A DNA stretch of 25,477 nucleotides, taken from a virus. A program made the position numbers and the translations under genes. Numbering within the stretch: position 1 is the first letter of the stretch; each line of letters opens with the position of its first letter. The stretch is taken from the UHGV virus genome UHGV-2038699; one strand, 5' to 3'. Shown here piece after piece: positions 16,728 through 25,477 of this stretch. The notes beneath the pieces were generated by a model, which saw only the letters and a program-made list of their open reading frames with translations, had not been told where the DNA came from and made no database searches.

Positions 16728-17948
16728 TTATCCTTTGCGGTTAGACCAGAAGTCGGCGTTTTGTTTGTTCAGGGAAGCGATGCTGGTCATGCCCATATTT
16801 GGACGTTGTGCATCGCCCGTGGTGCTGCGGGTGTTTCGCCCTTTGGCAATCTCAGACACGGCGTTAAACGCCATATCGACCGATTGCTTGGGCAATTTGC
16901 GTATATCCGCATCACCGACAACCTGGCGAACCAGTGTTTTGTCAGCGGCGGACAGCACATCACGTTTGAACGCGGTCGGTTTCACCTTACGGCTCAGATC
17001 GATACCCGGAACGATAACCTCGGCACGCCAGGCTGAGTCACCAGTAATCGTGGTTTCCTCTTCATCGTCCTCGCCGTCACCGGTCGGATTATCGTCAGGC
17101 TTATTGTCGTTATCGCCCGTCGCATTTCCTTCCAGCTTAGCCAGCAGGGCTTTGAGTAATGTTTTGAGGTTATCATCACTGTCGCCGGTTGGACCTCCAC
17201 CCATCTCTGGTGCTTTGTCCGGTAGTGGTTGCTGCGGGGACAGGTTGATGTTGAGATTAACGCCCTGCGGCAAATCCCCCTCATCTCCTGTAACCGATGC
17301 GGGAGCCGACTCCACCAGTTCGTTCATGGTGTCAGCGTCACCCGTTTTGATGGCCGTGCGCATGCGGGTCCACCAGCTTTTCTTTTGATTTGCCATTGTG
17401 TCTCTGTCTCCAATTGCACAACGATTTCCGGCTCTGCCTTTAGGGACAAGAGCCACATGGTTTCCGGTAATATCGACCTGCTGAGCCTTACCCGACTCAG
17501 CCTGTTTATATTCCGCGTCATAGCCACACGACACTTCGCGCAGGCCATCTTCGATAAGCTGAATAGCGCTTTCGTCTTTGACGATAAGGTCAGCCAGCAT
17601 CAAATCAGACTGGTCACCAGTCCCGCGCCGCACATTCTGAAGATGCCCGACAGCAAGCTCTTTCCAGTTCTCGGGATTTACCAGCCGCACATTCCCGTTT
17701 TCATCTTCAGGATGCAGGATCGTGATGCTCATCCCTTCGAATGAGGCGAGCGTGGCCGGATGGAATACCTGCTCAGGAGAACGCGTTACGACTATCTCAC
17801 CGAGCTTGTCGGGTTTGAGGTTTGGCAGTTCGGCAGCGCCGTAGAGCTGCTTACCCGTTCGACCTATCGGCACGTCTTTGCACAGCAGCGAGCCGTCAGC
17901 CAGCTGATAGCGGGTTTCCCCCAGCCGGGTATTGAAAAAATATTTCAT
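16728..17948 (-). CDS. DUF2213-type head protein (putative prohead protease/scaffold) with acidic low-complexity linker
   Basis: 406 aa; central D/E/G/N-rich stretch (GDNDNKPDDNPTGDGEDDEEETT); located between the Mu F-like and capsid genes. Confidence 0.55.
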   Translation of the reverse strand: MKYFFNTRLGETRYQLADGSLLCKDVPIGRTGKQLYGAAELPNLKPDKLGEIVVTRSPEQVFHPATLASFEGMSITILHPEDENGNVRLVNPENWKELAVGHLQNVRRGTGDQSDLMLADLIVKDESAIQLIEDGLREVSCGYDAEYKQAESGKAQQVDITGNHVALVPKGRAGNRCAIGDRDTMANQKKSWWTRMRTAIKTGDADTMNELVESAPASVTGDEGDLPQGVNLNINLSPQQPLPDKAPEMGGGPTGDSDDNLKTLLKALLAKLEGNATGDNDNKPDDNPTGDGEDDEEETTITGDSAWRAEVIVPGIDLSRKVKPTAFKRDVLSAADKTLVRQVVGDADIRKLPKQSVDMAFNAVSEIAKGRNTRSTTGDAQRPNMGMTSIASLNKQNADFWSNRKG

Positions 17949-17962
17949 GGTTTACCTGCGAT

Positions 17963-18736
17963 TCAGGCGAGATAAGAATGAGGGTTGGGGAAGACGATTT
18001 CTTTGTAACAGCGGCAGTTCGGCAGCTCACCAGCGTGACCGGTCATACCGTCAAGCGTTGGAGGTCGGCCCCATTCGACAAACTTACCTTCCATCTCCCG
18101 ATGAGAATGCCGGACGTCGCCATCTTCGGCTGTACGCCAGATATAACCATTCGAGCCGATTGACAGCGCACGCGCCTGATCGAGCGCGCCGGTTGCGCGT
18201 CCAAGCTCGGTACGGGCGATAAGGTTCGCTCGTGAGCGTGACACGTCACCGGACGCAGCTATCTCTTTCGCGAATGGCTCAGCGCGGCCACCAGTCACAA
18301 CGGCCTCGATGGCTTTGTTCTGAATGTCATACACCCGATCGGCGGCCTCAAGAGGTAGCGATTTGATGTACTTAATCTGCTCGGCAACGATGGATTTCAT
18401 CACCTGGCCTACCGGGGCGCGGTCAACCATGTTGCGCAGCTCTGCACTGATGTTCCGGCTGTGCTGACGCCACTGCTTTTCATTCTGGCGCGCAATGTCG
18501 GCGGTAAAGTTCTCAGCAACCTTCGTCGCCCAGGGGGTGATGATTTCGCTGTAGCGCTCCAGCGCATCCATTATTTCGGTGATGCTATCGTTTGAACCAT
18601 CGTAGCGACCATTTACGATATCCCCGACCGCCCGCGCTATCTGCCGTAGGCTCGTTCGATATCGGATCTCCGCCTGGCGGCTCTGGCGGGTTGTCGCCAA
18701 GTTCGCCGATGCCTGGCGGCGCTTCGTCTTCGGCAT
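17963..18736 (-). CDS. Head morphogenesis protein (Mu gpF / SPP1 gp7-like)
   Basis: C-terminal region with conserved H/C pattern (RHSHREM...PNCRCY) typical of Mu F-like proteins. The ATG at 18736 overlaps the portal 3' end by 152 bp; an alternative ATG at 18571 removes the overlap. Confidence 0.6.
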   Translation of the reverse strand: MPKTKRRQASANLATTRQSRQAEIRYRTSLRQIARAVGDIVNGRYDGSNDSITEIMDALERYSEIITPWATKVAENFTADIARQNEKQWRQHSRNISAELRNMVDRAPVGQVMKSIVAEQIKYIKSLPLEAADRVYDIQNKAIEAVVTGGRAEPFAKEIAASGDVSRSRANLIARTELGRATGALDQARALSIGSNGYIWRTAEDGDVRHSHREMEGKFVEWGRPPTLDGMTGHAGELPNCRCYKEIVFPNPHSYLA

Positions 18737-20054
18737 TCTCGATATCCTCGTCGGTAATGGATGCCCCGATGCCGGTGACGTCAGAGTTTTCGCGCAGGTC
18801 GGTCATCGCCGCCTTACGCGTCATCAATCCGTCGCCCAGCGCGGTACTGATCGCGTTGGTGGTGTTTACGGCCACCGTTGATCGGTCAACGTCTGACATT
18901 TGCCATAGCGGGTTAAACTCAAACGTGAAATCGTCCGGCAGCGGCTTTCCGAGTTCCGAGCGGTGCATAATGTCCAGTATCCGGCGCATCGGCAGCCGTA
19001 AGCGGCGCTCCTGCAATGAGCTCACCCGGTCGTAATAGTTGGCGAGGTCTGCATCACCAGTAGAGAAGCCTTTCGGGGATTGACCGAACAGGCGTACCAG
19101 CGGGATACCAACGGCACCGCTGATCTGCTCAGCAAACTGCGAAAGAATGTCATCCAGACCACTAAAGCTGTACTGGTGGGTTTCGAACTTATCCCGCGAG
19201 TCCATGAGCGTCATACCTTCATTGCTCTGGAACTGGCGGATCAGGTCGATGTTCTTCAGCAACGCTTCGAACGCCGGGCCTCCAAGCGCGATAAGCTCGC
19301 GCAACTTCTCCACGCTATAGGTACGCAGATGCGCTTTATAGACCAGCTGCGCCGCGCCGACAGTAGCGCTATCGAACGCAGTAAGCCGATCCCAGATACG
19401 CTCTACAACCGACATTCCCCATTCGTTTTCGGTCATCTTCTGCTGGAATGGCAGCGTGACGCCATCAAAGCGGATCAGGCGGCTGTGATGGATGCGCCAG
19501 GCCGGAATGCCCGTTGCGGTGGTCACCACGTCGTAAAACTCAGGCTTGCCGAGGTCCGGCCCCATCTCTTTAATGCGGCGTGTCAGCACCGGGTTAATCA
19601 TCCAGCGGTCGAGCGGGAGAATGCCCTTAAACTTGCCCTCGCCAATGGTTTCGAGTCGCAGCGGGGTCATTGGTGCTTGCCCCTCGATCATGATGAAGCC
19701 GACCGCGCCGCCGTAGAGGCGCGACCATTTCAGCACGTCGTTCAGCGCATCCCAGATCTGCAACTCATCCAGTTGCGCTTCGAGGGTGCCACGGTCTTTG
19801 GCGTCAATCTCCGAAGTGATGCGAATGCCCTTTCGGGTCATATCGTCCGGGATAGCGTCGACCGCTTCACCGATAACCCACGAACCGCGATATGACCATT
19901 CCACCAGCATGCGGTTGCGGCTGGTGAAGTTCGCCCGGTAGGTCGATGCTGAATGCTGGTTAGGCGTCTGCATCCCAACGCGGGCGACGAAGTTCTCGTA
20001 GCCGTCAGCGGTGGCCTGTGCCGTTCGCTGAGAGGATTGCTTGTTTCGTGCCAT
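18585..20054 (-). CDS. Portal protein (DUF1073-type)
   Basis: 489 aa immediately downstream of the large terminase, with ATGA overlap. Confidence 0.7.
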   Translation of the reverse strand: MARNKQSSQRTAQATADGYENFVARVGMQTPNQHSASTYRANFTSRNRMLVEWSYRGSWVIGEAVDAIPDDMTRKGIRITSEIDAKDRGTLEAQLDELQIWDALNDVLKWSRLYGGAVGFIMIEGQAPMTPLRLETIGEGKFKGILPLDRWMINPVLTRRIKEMGPDLGKPEFYDVVTTATGIPAWRIHHSRLIRFDGVTLPFQQKMTENEWGMSVVERIWDRLTAFDSATVGAAQLVYKAHLRTYSVEKLRELIALGGPAFEALLKNIDLIRQFQSNEGMTLMDSRDKFETHQYSFSGLDDILSQFAEQISGAVGIPLVRLFGQSPKGFSTGDADLANYYDRVSSLQERRLRLPMRRILDIMHRSELGKPLPDDFTFEFNPLWQMSDVDRSTVAVNTTNAISTALGDGLMTRKAAMTDLRENSDVTGIGASITDEDIENAEDEAPPGIGELGDNPPEPPGGDPISNEPTADSAGGRGYRKWSLRWFKR

Positions 20055-21676
20055 CAGGCCTGTCTCCCTAGCAGCTCCCAGATGTTCAGGGCTGAATTCA
20101 TTGGCGCGTAGCTGATCATCACCGAGTCGGCGAGGTTCGGCGACTTGGTGCCATCAGGCTGTTTATCAACAACGATTTTCCCCACGCCATTAATGGAGTA
20201 GGTCGGCTGCGACAGCTCAATGATGAGTTTGTCTTTGCTCGCCATGGCGCTGCTGATTGAGATGATTTCGTCCGGGTTGTAGGCCATGCCCTCAACCACG
20301 GCGCGATAGGTGTTCTGGAAAAGCTTGCGTAGCCACCACCAGCTTTGGGCCTTGGCGTTGGCGAAGAAGTCCTTGTTCAGGCGTGCGGCCTGTCCGTTGT
20401 CCCCGCGCACCGCTTCATCGTCCGGATCAAATACCGCGCCGCTACCACGAAACGGTGTGGCGAGTATTGACGGTCGTCGCGCAGCGTTACGCAGTTCGTT
20501 GATGGCGCGCGCATCGCCGCGAACGCCAGCACCCAGACCGTCCTCGTCGAAGCGAAACTCTTCGAGGTTGTCCTGTTCGCAAAAGCCGAAGACCTTCTCA
20601 ACAGACTGGTAAATGTCGCTGCCAACGCCGGACCATTCACGCACGTTCTCCAGAAGGAAGCCGTGACGGGTCGAAAAGGCATTTTTGTCCCGGCCTTCGT
20701 CGGCGACGTCCATCGCGCCCAGTCGCTTGCCCGTTGGCTGAATACCAAGTTTGATATGCGCGTCGACGGCAGCCTGTACCCAGTCGGACGGGATCAGGAC
20801 GCCTTCCGCAGATGCGCTGTAGTTCAGGTCAAGTTCCTGCGCCACCACCACCGGATTGTCGATTTTCTCGCACTCCCTGCGATACCACTCTTCATCCTTG
20901 CGCGGGTCATCTCGCCAGTGGAACGTGAATACTGGTATTTTTCCGCCGTGGCGCTTCTGCGCGAACGGGTTCGCCATGCCATTAACCGAGCTCAGGTCAA
21001 TACGGCAACGGGTGGTTTGCGACAGCGCCGCATCAATCAACAGAGGACGCTGGAGGAATGCAGCTTCATCCACCAGGTAGAGCGTGGTACGGTCACCACG
21101 TCCGATATTGTCGCCAGCCTCGCCTTTGATAACCGCGCCAGTATCTGGAAACTCAACGCGCATATACGGCGCATGCTTCTTCTCGTCCCACGAACCACGA
21201 AACTCTACAGGTAGTGTTTCCACGAACTTGCGCGCCTTCCAGAACAATGCTTTCGGGTCACCGGTGCTGTCGACGTATTCCTCTTTACGGGAGCCGAAAC
21301 CGATAACCATTTCTTTGTTGAAGAGACAAAGCGAGCAGGCCAGTCCGATCGCGGTCCAACTAAGTCCCATTTCACGGGATTTTTCGGTAATACCATTCTC
21401 CCGATTGCTCCAGCGTTCCATAATCCAGTGGATCCACTCCTCCTGCTTAGGGAAGAGTAAAAACGGAATGGTCACCGGCAGGCCATAATCAATATTACGC
21501 GGGTCCGTTGTCATGCCCCAGTCGATGATGAACTGAGCCGGATTGGTTCGGTAAAACTGTTTTAGTGCAGGCAATATTTCAGGATTCTGGCGAATGCGCT
21601 GTAGGCGTTCCATCCGCCATTCAAAAACCATCTGGTAATCAGGATGTTTAAAATCGAAGGGAAATGGTAACGGCAT
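20054..21676 (-). CDS. Terminase large subunit
   Basis: 540 aa downstream of the small terminase; Walker B-like LYLVDEAAF; size and position. Confidence 0.8.
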   Translation of the reverse strand: MPLPFPFDFKHPDYQMVFEWRMERLQRIRQNPEILPALKQFYRTNPAQFIIDWGMTTDPRNIDYGLPVTIPFLLFPKQEEWIHWIMERWSNRENGITEKSREMGLSWTAIGLACSLCLFNKEMVIGFGSRKEEYVDSTGDPKALFWKARKFVETLPVEFRGSWDEKKHAPYMRVEFPDTGAVIKGEAGDNIGRGDRTTLYLVDEAAFLQRPLLIDAALSQTTRCRIDLSSVNGMANPFAQKRHGGKIPVFTFHWRDDPRKDEEWYRRECEKIDNPVVVAQELDLNYSASAEGVLIPSDWVQAAVDAHIKLGIQPTGKRLGAMDVADEGRDKNAFSTRHGFLLENVREWSGVGSDIYQSVEKVFGFCEQDNLEEFRFDEDGLGAGVRGDARAINELRNAARRPSILATPFRGSGAVFDPDDEAVRGDNGQAARLNKDFFANAKAQSWWWLRKLFQNTYRAVVEGMAYNPDEIISISSAMASKDKLIIELSQPTYSINGVGKIVVDKQPDGTKSPNLADSVMISYAPMNSALNIWELLGRQA

Positions 21677-21678
21677 AC

Positions 21679-22230
21679 TTAGCCCATCATTTTTCTATAC
21701 GCCTCTGCAGCCTGCTCCGGCGTTAAGTTGGTAATTTCTGTTATGACTGGTCCTCCATCAGCGCCAGTAACTTCATTTTTGACGTTGTCTTTAAACGCCT
21801 GAACAGAAACATGACGCCCAAGCAATTCAAGATTTTTAACCTTATCAGGCCATTTGATTTTCTTCAGAAGTGCGGCGCTATCTGCAGATACCATCTCCAC
21901 GACATCCATTCCTGATAGCGTTGTGCGCCATACCTTAGGCCAGTCTTTGATGGGTTTTAGCTCACCGTTTTGCAGGAGAATGTCAAGCACATCCATCTGG
22001 TCGATTTCAATAAGGCGATTAAGTACATATTCTGCATTAATACCAACAAGATCATTGCGTTGCGCTTTCAGTTCGGCGATTCTTAACTTGATGTCAGGTT
22101 TTGACAGGTTTTCGGATGCGGTACGGTTAGCTGTCTTTGCGCTGTACCCCGCCCGAATAGCCGCTTGCGTGGCGTTTAAATCGATGAGGTACTCGCGACA
22201 GAACATTTCTTGCTTGTCGGTGAGTGCCAT
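21679..22230 (-). CDS. Terminase small subunit (Terminase_2-like)
   Basis: N-terminus [30 protein letters not shown] is characteristic of this small terminase family; AGGT RBS. Confidence 0.8.
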   Translation of the reverse strand: MALTDKQEMFCREYLIDLNATQAAIRAGYSAKTANRTASENLSKPDIKLRIAELKAQRNDLVGINAEYVLNRLIEIDQMDVLDILLQNGELKPIKDWPKVWRTTLSGMDVVEMVSADSAALLKKIKWPDKVKNLELLGRHVSVQAFKDNVKNEVTGADGGPVITEITNLTPEQAAEAYRKMMG

Positions 22231-22252
22231 AAATTACCTTTAAGGATTTCAC

Positions 22253-22471
22253 ATGAGTGATGAATACAAACAGAAAATCGGCATTCCAGATGACCATACA
22301 CTGGAGCTTGTCTCTTCTAACTGGAAAGGAGCTCGAAAAGGTCAGGATACCGATGAATACCTTTACCGTGAGTTGGACGCTGCGGGAAATGTAGTGGCCA
22401 CTTATGAAATTAAAGATTCAACTTCTATATATCCACCATTCGGAAGATCTATCTCTTATAAGAAGGTCTAA
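22253..22471 (+). CDS. Hypothetical 72-aa protein, opposite strand to the late operon
   Basis: ATG with AAGGA RBS 7 nt upstream; start is only 22 bp from the divergent small-terminase start; hydrophilic, slightly acidic; no family recognised. Confidence 0.45.
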   Translation: MSDEYKQKIGIPDDHTLELVSSNWKGARKGQDTDEYLYRELDAAGNVVATYEIKDSTSIYPPFGRSISYKKV

Positions 22472-22962
22472 GCAACCAACTGACCAGCATGGCATTTCCG
22501 ATTGAACATTTACACGTCCAGGATAATGCCATGTCTATTCCACAGTTCTATCGTCACCTACCGATATTGGCGTGAACTACACGCACTTGACATCAGCAGG
22601 AGCGAAGTACGCCCCCTCCCGTCTAGGTCGCCAGCGGCACAAAGCCATTAACCAGCTCAGGCTGACGTCGTGGCATCTTGCCCGTTTACTCGCCGCCGTC
22701 GTTCGTATTCAGTTTGATGATGTAGATGTCGGACATTGAGAGCCTCTTTATCCGCTTGTGGGGATATCAGTTAAGTTATCCCGTGTAGGGTATAAGCCAT
22801 TGTCGAGACCACTCATTGAATGGCCTCTGCAATAACCGATGTCTTTCCATCAGTCCGCCACCACAAAGAATCTTTTTTGCCATCAGGCAGGAGGTTCATC
22901 TTTCAGTGGCTGCCAGTGTTATTTCCCCACTTACTGGCTTGGGTTGCTTCGCGGTACTGCCG

Positions 22963-23499
22963 TTAATTAGTGAGCCCGGGGATTACGGTTTGCCCGTGCT
23001 GTTCAAGGCGTTCAATTCTCGCCAGTAGCTGAGGCTTCTTAATTTTTCCCCAGCGATTGAGCAGGCGGCCAGACATACTGGCGACATCCTTCTCTTTCAT
23101 ATACTCCAGCATTATGGCGTTGCGTTCTGCTTCATAACTTTCGCTGTACTTACGGAGTTCTGCTGACATCCAGTTAAAGGCATTTATATAGGCCTCTTTA
23201 ACAGCGTCGGCTTTTGCGCCATTAAATCCCATGACCAGCATAACGAAGCCACTAAAGTCCATGCGGTAGTAAATCTGTTTCTTGTCGAAAATCCCTAACT
23301 CATTGATTTTTTCGGCAACGCAAAAATGCGCTCTCCGGAAATCTTCAGAGCAATGACAATTTTTCAGCGCCCTCAATACGTCCGCATGACGCTTACCAAA
23401 TGCCTTTGCGATCTGGAAGGTGTCAGTTACCGGTTGACCTTCTGCTGCGGTAACTAACTGGCGAAAGTCAAAGTCATGATTCACAATTAATTCATTCAT
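22963..23499 (-). CDS. Rha-family phage regulatory protein
   Basis: N-terminal motif ...TDTFQIAKAFGKRHADVLRAL typical of the Rha domain; ATG at 23499 chosen (track ORF extends to 23568). Confidence 0.6.
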   Translation of the reverse strand: MNELIVNHDFDFRQLVTAAEGQPVTDTFQIAKAFGKRHADVLRALKNCHCSEDFRRAHFCVAEKINELGIFDKKQIYYRMDFSGFVMLVMGFNGAKADAVKEAYINAFNWMSAELRKYSESYEAERNAIMLEYMKEKDVASMSGRLLNRWGKIKKPQLLARIERLEQHGQTVIPGLTN

Positions 23500-23650
23500 G
23501 GCGTTACCTGCTACTTCGAAATGAACCTTTGCCGCACAGGAAACCAGCCCACCGAGGCTCGCCAGCACTAACTGGTATCCTCAAAGGCCCATTCCAAAGG
23601 GTCAGGTTCGGTGGTTATTGTGCGCTGCGGTGCGCGGTGAAATACCTATA

Positions 23651-23676
23651 CAAAAACGCCCCGCATCTGCGAGGCA
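23651..23676 (-). terminator. Intrinsic terminator-like hairpin downstream of the lysis cassette
   Basis: On the minus transcript: GCCTCGC-agat-GCGGGGC followed by GUUUUU, about 40 nt after the Rz stop. Confidence 0.45.
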
Positions 23677-23717
23677 TTTTCCTGAAAGTCACTTGTTAAA
23701 TTTCAGTGAAATTAAAA

Positions 23718-24155
23718 TTATTTTAAGCACTGCGTCCTAATGTACTCCTGCAAGTAGTTAACCTGCGCGGTTATCCTGTCGATTCCACTTCGGAGACGGT
23801 AATAATTGAGTTCAGCATCTGCTGTAAGTCTTGGGCTTTCTCCATCGCCCATGCTGCTGGCTCCGGTCGTTGACTTTGCACAGGTGGCGGCGACTTGCAG
23901 GCGCTTACGCCCAGCAGAAACATCAGCACGGAGGCTTTCGATAGTCGCGTTAGCATCAGCAAGCTCCTTTGTATATCTGGCGTCGAGTTCTGCTACGTCA
24001 CGTTGACGCTTCTGCATGTCAGCGATGATGGATGCGGCCTTATCGCGCTGTTCTTTGTAGGCGATGGCGTTATCACGGTAATGATTAACAGCCCATAACA
24101 GGCAGACGATGATGCAGATAACCAGAGCGGAGATAATCGCGGTTACTCTGCTCAT
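23718..24155 (-). CDS. Rz: i-spanin Rz
   Basis: N-terminal TM anchor [19 protein letters not shown] and coiled-coil periplasmic domain; ATGA overlap with R; N-terminus close to lambda Rz as recalled. Confidence 0.85.
   Translation of the reverse strand: MSRVTAIISALVICIIVCLLWAVNHYRDNAIAYKEQRDKAASIIADMQKRQRDVAELDARYTKELADANATIESLRADVSAGRKRLQVAATCAKSTTGASSMGDGESPRLTADAELNYYRLRSGIDRITAQVNYLQEYIRTQCLK
23771..23956 (-). CDS. Rz1: o-spanin Rz1 (lipoprotein, embedded in the +1 frame of Rz)
   Basis: ATG at 23956 with AAGGAG RBS; lipobox VSAC; proline-rich mature part; fully inside Rz in a different frame. Confidence 0.75.
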   Translation of the reverse strand: MLTRLSKASVLMFLLGVSACKSPPPVQSQRPEPAAWAMEKAQDLQQMLNSIITVSEVESTG

Positions 24156-24628
24156 ACCTCAATCTCTCTGACCGTTCCGCCTGCTTCTTTGAATTTTGCA
24201 ATCAGGCTGTCAGCCTTATGCTCGAACTGACCATAACCAGCCCCCGGAAGTGAAGCCCAGATATTACTGCAACGGTCGATTGCCTGACGGATATCACCGC
24301 GATCAATCATCGGCAAAGCGCCACGCTCCTTAATCTGCTGCAGCGCAACAGCGTCCTGGCTTTTGGGAGAGAAGTCTTTCAGGCCAAGCTGCTTACGATA
24401 GGCATCCCACCAACGGGAAAGAAGCTGGTAACGTCCGGCTGCTGTTGATTTGAGTTTGGGGTTTAGCGTGACAAGTTTGCGAGGGTGATCTGAGTAATCA
24501 GTGAATAGCTCTCCGCCAACAATGACGTCATAACCATGATTTCTGGTTTTCTGACGTCCGTTATCAGTTCCCTCTGACCACGCCAGCATATCGAGGAACG
24601 CCTTACGTTGATTATTGATTTCCACCAT
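24152..24628 (-). CDS. R: Endolysin (lambda R-type lytic transglycosylase)
   Basis: 158 aa; [26 protein letters not shown]... is nearly the lambda R sequence as I recall it. Confidence 0.9.
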   Translation of the reverse strand: MVEINNQRKAFLDMLAWSEGTDNGRQKTRNHGYDVIVGGELFTDYSDHPRKLVTLNPKLKSTAAGRYQLLSRWWDAYRKQLGLKDFSPKSQDAVALQQIKERGALPMIDRGDIRQAIDRCSNIWASLPGAGYGQFEHKADSLIAKFKEAGGTVREIEV

Positions 24629-24935
24629 CTTCTACTCCGGCTTTTTTAGCAGCGAAGCGTTTGATAAGCGAACCAATCGAGTCAGTACCGATGTAGCCGA
24701 TGAACACGCTCGTTATATAAGCGAGATTGCTACTTAGTCCGGCGAAGTCGAGAAGGTCACGAATGAACCAGGCGATAATGGCGCACATCGTTGCGTCGAT
24801 TACTGTTTTTGTAAACGCACCGCCATTATATCTGCCGCGAAGGTACGCCATTGCAAACGCAAGGATTGCCCCGATGCCTTGTTCCTTTGCCGCGAGAATG
24901 GCGGCTAACAGGTCATGTTTTTCTGGCATCTTCAT
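24612..24935 (-). CDS. S: Class I holin (lambda S-type) with dual-start MKM motif
   Basis: 107 aa, three TM segments, begins [22 protein letters not shown] (lambda S107/S105 dual start); GGGGG RBS. Confidence 0.9.
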   Translation of the reverse strand: MKMPEKHDLLAAILAAKEQGIGAILAFAMAYLRGRYNGGAFTKTVIDATMCAIIAWFIRDLLDFAGLSSNLAYITSVFIGYIGTDSIGSLIKRFAAKKAGVEDGGNQ

Positions 24936-25177
24936 GTCTTACCCCCAATAAGGGGATTTGCTCTATTTAATTAGGAATAAGGTCGATTACTGATAGAACA
25001 AATCCAGGCTACTGTGTTTAGTAATCAGATTTGTTCGTGACCGATATGCACGGGCAAAACGGCAGGAGGTTGTTAGCGCGACCTCCTGTCACCCGCTTTC
25101 ACGAAGATCATGTGTAGAAGGCCGCAGCATAACTATCACTGATGAATTCAGGATAGCCAGTGGATACGGCTCAGTTA

Positions 25178-25253
25178 TGGTGCTGGTTAACGGACTTGAA
25201 CCGCTACCCATTCGCTTACAAGGCGACTGCTCTACCATTGGAGCTAAACCAGC
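25178..25253 (-). tRNA. tRNA gene, anticodon UGU (Thr) by manual folding
   Basis: 76 nt with encoded CCA; 7-bp perfect acceptor stem, D-loop with GG, T-loop TTCAAGT, anticodon loop CTTGTAA. Confidence 0.6.
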
Positions 25254-25258
25254 ATGTT

Positions 25259-25333
25259 TGGCGGGACAGCGTGGGCTCGAACCACGATAAGAAGGTTAAC
25301 AGCCTTCCGTAATGACCTTTATACGACTGACCC
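25259..25333 (-). tRNA. tRNA-like gene, anticodon GUU (Asn) by manual folding; possibly degenerate
   Basis: 75 nt with CCA; T-arm CGTGG-TTCGAGC-CCACG; anticodon arm GAAGG-CTGTTAA-CCTTC; one mismatch each in acceptor and D stems. Confidence 0.45.
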
Positions 25334-25379
25334 AAATAAAAAAAGCCACCGTTGCAACTTAAGAGTCACTAACGGCAGC
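25334..25379 (-). terminator. Intrinsic terminator (tR'-like) immediately downstream of the candidate late promoter
   Basis: On the minus transcript: GCUGCCGUU...AACGGUGGC stem followed by U7 (plus-strand A-run 25338-25344). Confidence 0.5.
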
Positions 25380-25389
25380 TTACCTTCTA

Positions 25390-25419
25390 ATTATGGCTAA
25401 ATGGATAATTGCATGTCAA
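25390..25419 (-). promoter_or_regulatory. Sigma70-type promoter (candidate late promoter pR'), -35 TTGACA / 18-nt spacer / -10 CATAAT
   Basis: On the minus strand, TTGACA (25419-25414) and CATAAT (25395-25390); sits upstream of the tRNAs and lysis genes, where lambdoid phages carry pR'. Confidence 0.5.
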
Positions 25420-25477
25420 GGCTTTTAACAGCAACATGCTTAACTTTCTCAACACGTTTACGCATTTTGAAAGCATT

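Noticed and set aside
16714-17388. Plus-strand 224-aa Ser/Pro-rich ORF and other long antisense ORFs in the head module (for example 19080-19895, 20663-21214)
   Set aside because: Antisense to portal, terminase and DUF2213 genes with biased low-complexity composition; no independent support.
25259-25333. Interpreting the Asn-like tRNA sequence as a phage attachment-site remnant (3' tRNA fragment)
   Set aside because: A full cloverleaf with 5' acceptor arm is present, it sits mid-operon next to a second tRNA, and no integrase or direct repeat is visible in the window.
1-25477. CRISPR array or other tandem direct-repeat array
   Set aside because: No regularly spaced direct repeats seen anywhere; the only short tandem duplication noted (GTTTCAAC x2 near 2941-2975) is inside a coding region.

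Overview
This window is the late (lysis + morphogenesis) arm of a mosaic temperate phage or prophage. Almost every gene lies on the minus strand and is read right to left. From the right edge: a candidate late promoter with an adjacent terminator, two tRNA genes, a lambda-type lysis cassette (S, R, Rz with embedded Rz1), a Rha-family regulator, small and large terminase, portal, Mu F-like head protein, DUF2213-type scaffold/protease, major capsid, four head-tail connector proteins, a contractile tail (sheath, tube, chaperone with a -1 frameshift site, tape measure with a lytic transglycosylase domain), baseplate (hub, spike V, W, J, I), side tail fibre plus assembly chaperone, and finally a Pin/Gin/Hin-type DNA invertase controlling a ~1.9 kb invertible tail-fibre cassette (e14 P-region / Mu G-segment type). 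The most interesting unexplained content is a terminator-bracketed two-gene accessory island (a DUF4236-like membrane protein and a signal-peptide protein) inserted between the baseplate hub and spike genes. Other accessory loci are a 32-aa membrane ORF between spike and W, and an opposite-strand 72-aa ORF next to a ~0.5 kb ORF-free stretch between the lysis and terminase genes. No CRISPR array, integrase or att site is visible. All family assignments come from reading the translations and from gene order; no database search was run.
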